In this document: positions 1-8,966 of the stretch, one piece after another
Numbering within the stretch: the first letter of the stretch is position 1
Layout: every line of letters starts with the position of its first letter
From: Mayamaea pseudoterrestris
Lineage: Eukaryota
NCBI GenBank assembly: GCA_027923505.1
Contig: BROI01000002.1
Coordinates: 1,922,001 to 1,986,000 of the forward strand
Length of the DNA: 64,000 bases
Reading direction: 5' to 3'
Position numbers and translations under genes: made by a program
Notes under the pieces: model-generated
Database searches by the model: none
What the model was told of the DNA's origin: nothing
What the model saw: the letters and a program-made list of their open reading frames with translations, nothing else

Positions 1-1
1 A

Positions 2-274
2 GATGTGCTCAACAGCCAGGATGTCGGCCTTCGTCACAGGACAGTTCGGCAACTGATTGCTAGTAACGCTGCGCAGGTAATCCTTGAGGCTTGGCCGTCC
101 AATTTTGAGTTGCAGTTCCTCAGCTCTAACAGCGCGTAAATAGTCATCATTGGTGTAGTTAGTACGGTTATCGTCTACCGTAGTCAACATCGCCACTCCA
201 TCCTTGACATCGCTGCGCTTGCCCTTCGAAAAGCTCTCGCAAACATACAGCCCAGAGTCAGTCTCGACAAACTC
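2..274 (-). pseudogene. Pol continuation (pre-integrase region) in a shifted frame
   Basis: Open frame EFVETDSGLY...TVDDNRTNYT...LKIGRPSLKDY...NCPVTKADILAVEHI runs off the window, +1 relative to gag-PR. Confidence 0.75.
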
Positions 275-1844
275 GCTGCTTACCATCCGGCTTCTCCACA
301 ACGAACATTGGACGATCCACGCCGTGCATGAGATACTCCACGGTAAACTTCTTGCGGACTTGCGCCAAACTCAAAATGTTCGCCAGTCCCTGCGGATACC
401 ACCACACCGGACCATAGCCCTCCAGGTCGCCCATCATGTTCGTCCTTACTGTACCAGCGTTGCACTTGATCACCATCCACGTTGGCACCGGGCGAATGTT
501 CGTCAGCATCTTGGCGTTGCAGAACAGATCCACTGTCGACTGATTGTCCAAGAGCACAGCCTTCTTCGAGATGTTCACCTTCGGCGGCTGCGCGAACATG
601 TATCCGACCTCATCGTCGTCATCGCTTTCTTCCTCGCTACCCAGCGTGAAGTGCTGCGCCCCACTAGCCTCTGCAGCCGGCGCACTCTCCGTAGACTCCG
701 TTCTCGTAGGACAGTCTCGCTGCACATGACCAACCTGTTGACAGGTCCAGCATCTGGGAGGGTCACGCGCTGTACCAGTCGTGTGAAACGCCACGCCCTC
801 GTTCGTTGGCAACGTGGCTTCTCCATCCGCATGCTCACGACGCTGCATGATGTTGTATGCATCGTGGATCGTCAACGGGAAGTTGTCGTGCCCGTCGAGG
901 TAGCAGTTGCGCAAGTGCTTGCAATACCCAGCGTATTCGCCCGTTGCGCCACGCACGAAAAGCATCGCAAGCTCGAGCTCTTCGGCGGCCTTGATATCCT
1001 CCTTGTTCGCCTTGTTACGATTGTCATCCTTGGCAATGTTCAACGCCACAATCTCGTTGTGCATCGTGACGCCAACCGCCTTCGCCACGTCTGCCAGCGT
1101 GACCATGCTTTCGTAATATTTCTGCAGGCTTTCGCGCGCTCCTTGAGTACGTCCGAACAACTCAGCTTGAATGTCCACGACTTGATCCACAAGTTTGCAG
1201 CGCCCTTCGTACGTATGCGAGATCTCCTTGATAATCGCCAGCAACTTAATTCCGTCCGTGTCCTCCTCGGCGTCTCGGAACTTGGCGTGCGACTTGACAC
1301 GATCCTTCATACGCTCCGTGCATTGTCCATGCAACACGGCGTAGAGACCAGCGAGGAAGTCGGAGTATACACGCACGCGCTCGACATGCTCTTTCTTGTC
1401 GGCCTTGTATTCCTCGAGCATTATGGACCAGTCCGAGTCCGTCGTGTCGGCATCCTTCGTTGGACGTGCAGGCTCGTCAGGAATCTCCAGTTCCACGTTG
1501 CGCATGCCCTTGAGCAGCTCCTTGGTATATTTCTTGTAGGAGCGCCCGACGAAAGTGATGATCTCGTTCGTCGTACGGATGAATCCATCGGGATCGCGCG
1601 AACCGTTATAGTCGTAGATGAATCCAGCGAGCGTCGGCTCGCTTCCTTGGAAATTTCCACTCGGCGCACGACTCGGTCCGTTGAGTCTGTTACCATTGCC
1701 TTGATTCCCGGAACGATTCCCAGCACGATTCCCACGACGATAATGACGGTTGCGTCGGTTTCCTTCGCTTGCTGGCGGAGCGGGAGGTGCACCTCCACCG
1801 CTCGACGCCGCTCCTGTCGTCGGAGTATTGCTCGTCGAAGACAT
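258..1844 (-). CDS. Retrotransposon Gag-protease polyprotein (528 aa), ending at a frameshift
   Basis: R/N/G-rich N-terminus, gag-like core, CX2CX4HX4C knuckle, protease LLDNQST...ANILSL; TGA at 258-260. Confidence 0.9.
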   Translation of the reverse strand: MSSTSNTPTTGAASSGGGAPPAPPASEGNRRNRHYRRGNRAGNRSGNQGNGNRLNGPSRAPSGNFQGSEPTLAGFIYDYNGSRDPDGFIRTTNEIITFVGRSYKKYTKELLKGMRNVELEIPDEPARPTKDADTTDSDWSIMLEEYKADKKEHVERVRVYSDFLAGLYAVLHGQCTERMKDRVKSHAKFRDAEEDTDGIKLLAIIKEISHTYEGRCKLVDQVVDIQAELFGRTQGARESLQKYYESMVTLADVAKAVGVTMHNEIVALNIAKDDNRNKANKEDIKAAEELELAMLFVRGATGEYAGYCKHLRNCYLDGHDNFPLTIHDAYNIMQRREHADGEATLPTNEGVAFHTTGTARDPPRCWTCQQVGHVQRDCPTRTESTESAPAAEASGAQHFTLGSEEESDDDDEVGYMFAQPPKVNISKKAVLLDNQSTVDLFCNAKMLTNIRPVPTWMVIKCNAGTVRTNMMGDLEGYGPVWWYPQGLANILSLAQVRKKFTVEYLMHGVDRPMFVVEKPDGKQRVCRD

Positions 1845-1871
1845 GTCTTTTCACTCGCTTCTTGGAGAAAA

Positions 1872-2082
1872 TGTTGGATCTAGAATATATCTTGCGCGCC
1901 CTTGAAGCGACACTAATGATTAAGCAGAACAGAGTCAATAAAACCACTTTACTTATTTTCTCCAAGAAGTGATCGTCCTCGATCCACTCCTTCGGTTGCC
2001 GCTTACCGCGCTTACTTAAATGTGACCGTCTTCGTGACGTCACCGCTGCCGCTTCGGTTTGGGTTCTCATCCATGCTCAACA
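1872..2082 (-). repeat. 5' LTR (~211 bp)
   Basis: Minus strand starts TGTTGAG at 2082 (possibly TGTTGTTG at 2085) and ends TCCAACA at 1872, 28 nt before the gag ATG. The partner LTR is outside the window, so boundaries are inferred from the termini only. Confidence 0.7.
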
Positions 2083-2309
2083 ACATTGTTTAGCACGGAA
2101 CATCGCATAGGTTTTGACATTCGCGTTTCCTGTTCTGCAGAACATCTGCCCTCCCATACATATATTCCAGGCTACAAGTCAACTACAAATGAGTCAGCTG
2201 CACCAATCTCACCGCATACAAAACTCAAAGCATAGCCAGCATGTTTTATTTGGAAATGGACTACAGGGGTTACCGGTACGGTTGGAGGCTATTTTTACCA
2301 TTTTTCCTG

Positions 2310-3065
2310 CTATAATCGTCTTTGAGCGTCAATGAGCGCCCGCAACAACTCTGGTTCCTTGACATTGTTCAAATTAAATTCTCTAATCTTGCCAATTCCG
2401 CGAATTAACAAGGACGGTAAACGCGGAATGGCATAGTATGGGACATCCTTTGCAAGCTTGATACCAAAGTTGCCATTGAGGCCAACAGTCACTTCAAGAA
2501 TGTCATCCAAAGGGAATATGTGCTTGAATCCTGAAAGCCAAATCAAGTGATTTTAGACAAAGAACAAGTTGCCACTGACAGATCAGGTACTGATACTTGA
2601 CAGCAACATTTGCGACACACCAAAACATACATCGTATCTGCACTTACTGTATTCGTCAACGTGCACTAAGCCTTCCAGTGTGACTGCGGTGTGTGGGAGT
2701 GTCGTTCGACATTTAAAGATACCAAAGAGCAAATTGAATCCCATTAGCCAGGTGAGCCCAGGCAGCCACATGAGGCAAGCGACACTGCCTGCCAAAGCGA
2801 AACCTAGCAGACGTCTCCGTTGAAGATGCTTTTCCTGAGCGAAGTATCTCGCATCATGGTCAATCACTGCAATAATCTTATGTTCATCGCTGTCAAAGAA
2901 TAAGCGATCCTGCCAGTTGTGAGTTGCATTGGCAATGAGATCGCACGGACCAGTCTGCGAGTGAGATTGAGCATGAGGCGACAGCGACGACATGATTGAA
3001 TCCTTGTCGCCGCAGACATGGCCGTCCCGAACGTCAAGCCACGCGTTCGGAGCCGACGGATGCAT
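2310..3065 (-). CDS. Uncharacterised membrane protein, 2 exons (intron about 2531-2590/2596); paralog of 3562-4416
   Basis: Shares WQD.FFD...IIAV.DHDA, LPHTA.T.EGLVHV..YSK and IFPL.DI with its neighbour. The acceptor tttcag at 2531 joins the two ORFs in frame. Confidence 0.6.
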
Positions 3066-3561
3066 CTACTTGTTCAACGAAATAATGGCGATCAAATGTT
3101 TTCGGCGACCAGGGCAACATAAACGACAAGATGCAGCACGCAGCTGTGCGGGCTGTGAAAGAGGCGCGGTCGCAAAGAACTCTGCAAGTAACGGTGCGAC
3201 AACTAGAGACGCGACGATGGCGGGTGATGCGATAGCTAAACCAACGTTGGTACAGCCATCATTACAAGTTAGTAAGTGGAAAGCGGAGCTGGAACATTAG
3301 TGTGATCTATCCGGAGATACCGCAATGCAATAGGATACGTCACTAAAAAGCTATTTCACGCCGCATCGGTCGTTGCAATGGAACGAGTGCTGCTTCCATG
3401 TACACTTGTACCTGCAAGCGAGCATGTAAGATTTATATAGATATGCTAAAAAGCCCTGTATCCCGGTATTTAGACAAATTATTATTATTATTAGTTTGAC
3501 AGCTGCGTTCGAGTCGGAACCAAGGTCAGCAGCGAACATGAATAAAAACCTTCCTGATTCG

Positions 3562-4416
3562 TTACCAATCACCTTTGTCAACGACAGTCACGGCTACCGG
3601 CTTGGCACATTCTGCATCTACAAAGCGCTGCTCCATTTGAAGTGCCTCGACAGCCTTGGAGAGCAGCAAAGAATGCATCGGAGCAGCCATTGTATATTCC
3701 AATGGACCCCCACACCAGCAAACGCAGCAAGCATGCTCCCGAGGCTGCTTGTAGTAGTCAACCCTTTTTGTCAGTGTCAAAACAAAGTTTTGATCAATAA
3801 GCGTCATGTTTACAATGTCGCTGAGCGGAAAAATGTAATTGGTCTCTGCAAGATGACGAAAATGGGTTAGTGTATTGTCGCGCAAGGTATCGAGACTAAA
3901 CGCTGCAGCAACATAGTGCACAATCTTACTGTATTTACTGACGTGTACTAATCCTTCCGCAGTGATGGCCGTATGAGGGAGTTTCGTTGCACATTCGAAA
4001 ATCGCTCGAACAGTGCAATAGAAAACTGCTGCAATCAGAGCGTTTTGAAGATCCTCACCCTCCCCTTGCAGTCCAAGGAGCCAGCTAAGAAACAGCGACA
4101 GCCAGTAAAATAAGCCGAACGCGGTTAATCCAATAGACACAAAGGAAACCTTTGTGTTTCGCTTCTCCAAAGCGAATTGTTTTGCATCATGATCAAAGAC
4201 GGCAATTATATCATGCGTCTCTTTCTCATCAAAGAATGTATCCTGCCATTCATGTTTGGCAAGCTCCGGAACGACCGCATGAGCTTGCGCCGCCACTGTT
4301 CCGCTAGTCGCCGTCCATGTGGGCTCCTTGCTTGAATCAGTATCCGCAATCATGCTAACTGCTAGACGAAGACTCTCAGTAGTAGTCGAGATGCTTGAAG
4401 CCAAATTGCTTTTCAA
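3562..4416 (-). CDS. Uncharacterised membrane protein (284 aa ORF; true ATG probably downstream)
   Basis: Long ORF with a hydrophobic segment; paralogous to 2310-3065. Confidence 0.65.
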   Translation of the reverse strand: MKSNLASSISTTTESLRLAVSMIADTDSSKEPTWTATSGTVAAQAHAVVPELAKHEWQDTFFDEKETHDIIAVFDHDAKQFALEKRNTKVSFVSIGLTAFGLFYWLSLFLSWLLGLQGEGEDLQNALIAAVFYCTVRAIFECATKLPHTAITAEGLVHVSKYSKIVHYVAAAFSLDTLRDNTLTHFRHLAETNYIFPLSDIVNMTLIDQNFVLTLTKRVDYYKQPREHACCVCWCGGPLEYTMAAPMHSLLLSKAVEALQMEQRFVDAECAKPVAVTVVDKGDW

Positions 4417-5089
4417 GGAAATTCTGCTGCTGCGTTTTCAGCGTGACAACAAACCAGTGAATAAACAAGCACGAGCCCGCGAGCTAGACGACGTCCAATG
4501 AAAGTGTCGCAATTCCTTGTTGAATGTTCAAGATTCGGTCGTGTCAACGAAACGCGTGCCACTGAATCCAAGCTCCGGCGGTTGCATCACCATGGGATTC
4601 TTGTTCCCAGTTGCTCCTCGAAGAAAGCGAGACGTCAAGCCATGCGTGTCAGAACAAGCAAAAACTGCGAGGCAAGTCGATGCAGTGTGTAGGGTTGGTA
4701 CCTCGTACTGTACTGTACGCTGTTGCACTTTCACCGATGCACGAGGCAGGTGTCGTCGTAACTGCATCCAGGAAGATCCCAACGGAACGAGTTGTGGATC
4801 ATAACCTCAGTATGCAGGCGTTAACAACCTTCTTCAAGTGACGCAGCGAGTGCAGATTGTACGCTCGTCTACGCACAACGGAATGAGAGAATTGTCAATG
4901 AGTGTCAGAATTCTCGTTGGTGCAATTTCATCGGCTCGAACAAACATTGTTCTGTTTGCGTGCATGAGCGTAGACCATGGTACACATTCAGGTTTCGCAC
5001 GACCATTGCACTCACACCAAAGATCCTCTCACAATTTCGAATTTGCTCGTCTCATTCTCGGACTCTTTGTTCGCACCAATTCAACCACC

Positions 5090-6748
5090 ATGACGACGGT
5101 TCAGTCCAAGCTCTTCTACTCGACCGAGGAACTCGTCGACGCGAGCAAGCAGCATATCAAGTTTCTCCGCGACTTGCACAAGCTTGGAGTCACGACGGCG
5201 GCCGTCCAACGCCACTCCCTCGTGCGCTACACGGACTTTTGGTTGCCCCTGGTCGCGAGTCGTCACTCCCAAGACGATGAGACGCCGCAAATTACCTTGA
5301 TTCCTCCGCCCGACGTTGCGTGGCTTTGGCATTGCCACCGCCTTGCTCCCAACCACTACGAGACGTACGTCAAAAAGACTTTTGACGGTAAGCTCCTTGA
5401 AGCGACTCCGCCGTTTCGCTTTCAAGACGTTGACGACGAGCATGATGGCACCCAGCGCGCCTGGAAGGAAGCGTATCCGGACGAGCCATTCCTACTCGAG
5501 CCGCTCAAGGAAGGTCACCCGACGACTGACCTTTGCTTTCCCGACCAGTACCTTGTCGGCAAGCATGACTTGATTGCGTCAGCCAAGAGCCAAGCCACCT
5601 TTCTTTGGCAAGTTTCCGGTCCGCACTTTAGCAGTGACGCCTTTCTCCACGAGGGCGTTCGTCGCTACGTTTTGTTTCTCCACGTGACGGACCACACTCT
5701 TCCACTGGTTCCTACCTATCAGATTGACCTGATGTGGCACACGCACATGCTGCTGTCCATTCACAAGTACAATGAAGATTGCGTTCGCATTCGAGGCGAC
5801 GTTTTTCACCACGACGACTCGTTGAACGATCGTTCGCTTGGATCGGACCTTGATCAATCATATCGCGCGACGATTGACCTTTGGCAGAAGAAGTACAAGG
5901 AGTTTTATCAGGTTGAAGGTAAGCACTAGTAGTGGAACGTTGCCCTCGCAGCCTACCATTGAATTTTTTCGTCTTTCATGCCACGACGGCTTCAACTTTG
6001 CATTTTGCTCTTTGCAGGAGGAATGTATCGAGGCGAACCACCGGCCTCGTACTGGAGTCGCTGCTGGGCGCCAACCTTGGAGGGAACCGAAGGAGCGGCC
6101 GTGCGTGCGCTTGCCCCGCCAGGGGCAACGGGAGCCACTTCGTCGGGCAAGAGTCCAAACGTTGTTGAATCCAAGGAACCCTATTTTATCAAAGTTTCGT
6201 ATGCGGTTGCTCGCACGGAAGCGCAAAAGGAAGGCTACGTTTTTGGACGCGGTAGTCAAGGTGTTGGGCACTATTCGCTCGACGAACGCAGCCCTCACAT
6301 TCGCTCAGCGTTCAGAATTATCCGTTTTCGTCTTAACAAGCGGATCCAATATAAGAAGGGCGAAATGTCCAACATTGTCTGCACGAGCGGTGGCTGCTGC
6401 GGCGGCACGATGAACGCGGCCGACCAGCGCAAATACGATCTTGTCGCCAAGGAAGTGGCTGACATGGAGTTGATGAAGTCCAACATTGAGAATGCCTTGC
6501 GGCACAAGGGAATTACGCCGGCCGCGGCATCGCTCAAGCGAGCAATGGACTCGACGAATCGGGATGCTCATTCAAGTGGAGCTTGGTATGCTAACTACTC
6601 GGTCGCTGCAGCATGCGGCGGTGGGGTTCCAGCTTGTGGAGGCTGCGGTGGTGGATGCGGCGGCGGTGGCGGAGGAGGATGCGGTGGCGGCGGAGGTGGA
6701 GGAGGATGCGGCGGTGGTGGCGGAGGCGGTGGCTGTGGAGGGTGTTGA
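5090..6748 (+). CDS. Glycine-rich domain protein (GRDP/DUF1399-like); intron 5919-6017
   Basis: Two PP.DV.W.WH.H.L.P / PT.QIDLMWHTH motifs. The GTAAGC...TTGCAG intron restores EGGMYRGEPP. Gly/Cys-rich tail. Confidence 0.85.
6613..6745 (+). repeat. Coding (GGN)n low-complexity tract encoding C(G)n repeats
   Basis: CGGCGGGCGGGGGGGCGGGGGGGGCGGGGGGGGCGGC (protein sequence). Confidence 0.9.
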
Positions 6749-7039
6749 GTATGGCCGGTTTGTCCAGTGTCGGCTTGCGTGTTCCGTACGTCATTTTGAT
6801 TGTTTATTTCTGCTGATTTGTTCGGTAGATGCTCTGTTAAATTTTACCATCAATTTTAACTGCGCGTCATTTAACGCACTCTACAATCAGTAGTAGGGTA
6901 AATTATGGAATTCGTCGAGGATGCATCAAACACTGCTGCAACGTCACATAGACAAAGAAACTTTACTCTACCGCCAGCTCTACCGGTAAAGGCGTAAGCA
7001 CTAAAAACATCGTAAAACAGACAAGTAGGATATGGACAA

Positions 7040-8692
7040 TCAACGCAAATCAAATTCGTCTTCGTCTTCAAGACTATCCATGTCATCTTCGTCGTCACTG
7101 CCCAGGTCAAGAGCATCCAGCTCGTCATTCAAAGCTCCCGGATCAAGAATAGCGCCTTGCGCCGCTTCGCCCTCGTAACCAGTCTTCATGTTCAAGACTT
7201 CATTAAGGCTAGGAGCGGATGGTTCAGCGGTTTCCTCTACGACGCTATCCTTTTTCGATCTGCTATTGCTTGACGACGACGACTTCTTCTTGTCCTTGGA
7301 CTTGTCCGACCGGGAAGCCGTCGTCTTGACGTCCCCCACCACCTTGCGCGCCACACCGGAAACACGCAACTGCTGCACCAGCGTCCGCATGGATAAATCC
7401 AGGTTCGCAAGCGCCGTCTTGTTGCTGCCCGCCGGTGTTCGCACCTCCTCCAGGTCGTCGGCATCGCGGCGCTTGATTGCTCGAAACAAGTCTTCGGCCA
7501 GTTTGCACTCTCGTGAATTCAAGTAGGCAGTCTTTTGGACGTGTCGCTTCAAAAATTCCTGCTCAGCGGCGATTGGGTCGCCCATGGCCAGTTGCAGAAT
7601 CGTCTCCACCACGTAGATGCGGCTCAACGTCAATGTGCTAATTCCATCCGCCTCCAAAATGGCCGCAGCGGCACCCGCGGCATACAAGGCTGACGCGTAC
7701 TCGCCGAATCCAACCAAGACGTAGATAAGGTCAATCAATGGCTCGTGCGAGTAGGCTCGATCAGACACCAGGTGCTCGCGGCACATGGCAAGTGTTTCTG
7801 GAGATGGCAGTTCGGCCGTCTCATCCGAGTCGGGATCAATAAAAGCGGAATGACCAGTTTGTCGGTAACGAACATGAGGGTTGAGTGGATCGGGCACGTG
7901 TGCCTCAATCGCTTCCTCCATACCGGCCAAGGACTCCTTGGAGAGCAACGTTCCTGATTGACCATGGTTCAGAGCTAACGCTGCCAGCACGAGCTGTTGC
8001 AACGGAGAGAATGGGATATATTTACAGTTAGCAAAGAATGGAAATGGTTGCAACAAATAATAGACAAGGGCATCACATACCGACTTGGCAGCCTTGGCTC
8101 GTTCATTCATTTGTACCCACGCTTCCGACGCCTTGCGGTGATAGTTGTAAGCCTCCTGTCGATGATCTTTAACGTCTCCATCGTCTTCCTCCAAGACCAA
8201 TTCGGCAGCCTTTGTATAATCCTGCGCCGCCGATGCCCACGCCTGAATCGCAAAGTTGCACTGACCCGAACTGACTCTACAAAATCGCTCCATCTTGTAA
8301 TCGCCAGCCTGCGCGTAGCAGTCAGCTGCTCGTTTGTAATACGTCGACGCGGCCACTGGATCGGGTTTGCTAAAGAAGGACGATTCCATTGCCTTGTTTG
8401 CCTTGGTCTTGTAGTCGGCCGCCTCCTTCAACTTGGTAGCGGCAGCTTCGCCGGATAGTGCAGGTCGAGCCTTTTTCGATTTGGCGTCCGTCGTTGTTCG
8501 ACGCGGCTGGTAGCCGCGAGCATTGGATGATGATGTTGCTTCCGTGGAATTAGCTGCTGCAACTGGACGACTGCTGCTGCTTGATGATGACTTCTTGCTG
8601 GCGTCGTCGCGATTCGACTTAGATCCGCTGCTACTTTTGGCACCTCCGCCAAAGAGAGCGTCCTTGCTTGCTTCCGTATTGTATTTCACCAT
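7040..8692 (-). CDS. Gamma-SNAP-like (NSF attachment) TPR protein; in-frame intron 7994-8080
   Basis: FFSKPDPVAASTYYKRAADCY resembles the gamma-SNAP N-terminus; helical repeats; acidic C-terminus ending EDEFDLR; GTATGT...CAACAG 87-nt intron. Confidence 0.65.
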   Translation of the reverse strand: MVKYNTEASKDALFGGGAKSSSGSKSNRDDASKKSSSSSSSRPVAAANSTEATSSSNARGYQPRRTTTDAKSKKARPALSGEAAATKLKEAADYKTKANKAMESSFFSKPDPVAASTYYKRAADCYAQAGDYKMERFCRVSSGQCNFAIQAWASAAQDYTKAAELVLEEDDGDVKDHRQEAYNYHRKASEAWVQMNERAKAAKSVCDALVYYLLQPFPFFANCKYIPFSPLQQLVLAALALNHGQSGTLLSKESLAGMEEAIEAHVPDPLNPHVRYRQTGHSAFIDPDSDETAELPSPETLAMCREHLVSDRAYSHEPLIDLIYVLVGFGEYASALYAAGAAAAILEADGISTLTLSRIYVVETILQLAMGDPIAAEQEFLKRHVQKTAYLNSRECKLAEDLFRAIKRRDADDLEEVRTPAGSNKTALANLDLSMRTLVQQLRVSGVARKVVGDVKTTASRSDKSKDKKKSSSSSNSRSKKDSVVEETAEPSAPSLNEVLNMKTGYEGEAAQGAILDPGALNDELDALDLGSDDEDDMDSLEDEDEFDLR

Positions 8693-8966
8693 TGTTCCTA
8701 TAGTTTAAGCGCACAATGAACGGCGGAATGAAAATGAATGTGACGGCGCGGTCACGCTCCGCCGTCATGGTGGATTGATGACCAAGTCGAAGCGGTTCTC
8801 GATTTGGCGCGACTGCAGCTTTTCAGTGCCGCTTGAATCGCCAATCCTCGCCGCAGCGCGGGGCGAGCCTTTTCCGTTTCTCGGTCAATTTCGACGGATG
8901 TTGCGACCTGTTCTAACAGCCGCATTGCTATTGCCAGCCTTGACATCGCTCGAGTAAGCAACTAAA

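Larger units (their letters stand above)
1..2082 (-). mobile_element. Ty1/copia-type (diatom CoDi-like) LTR retrotransposon, 5' portion; runs off the window start
   Basis: LTR with TGTTG...CAACA termini upstream of an ORF with a CCHC zinc knuckle (CWTCQQVGHVQRDC) and an aspartic protease motif (LLDNQSTVD). A pre-integrase-like segment (IGRPS...NCPVTKADI) follows, consistent with copia PR-IN order. Confidence 0.9.

Noticed and set aside
204..1883. 559-aa ORF antisense to the retrotransposon gag
   Set aside because: It starts at TTG, has no motifs and lies exactly opposite a codon-biased gene, so it is best explained as a shadow ORF.
7994..8080. Stop-free in-frame introns (also 18903-18977) as regulated intron retention
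   Set aside because: Short 3n introns without stops arise by chance; there is no support without RNA data.
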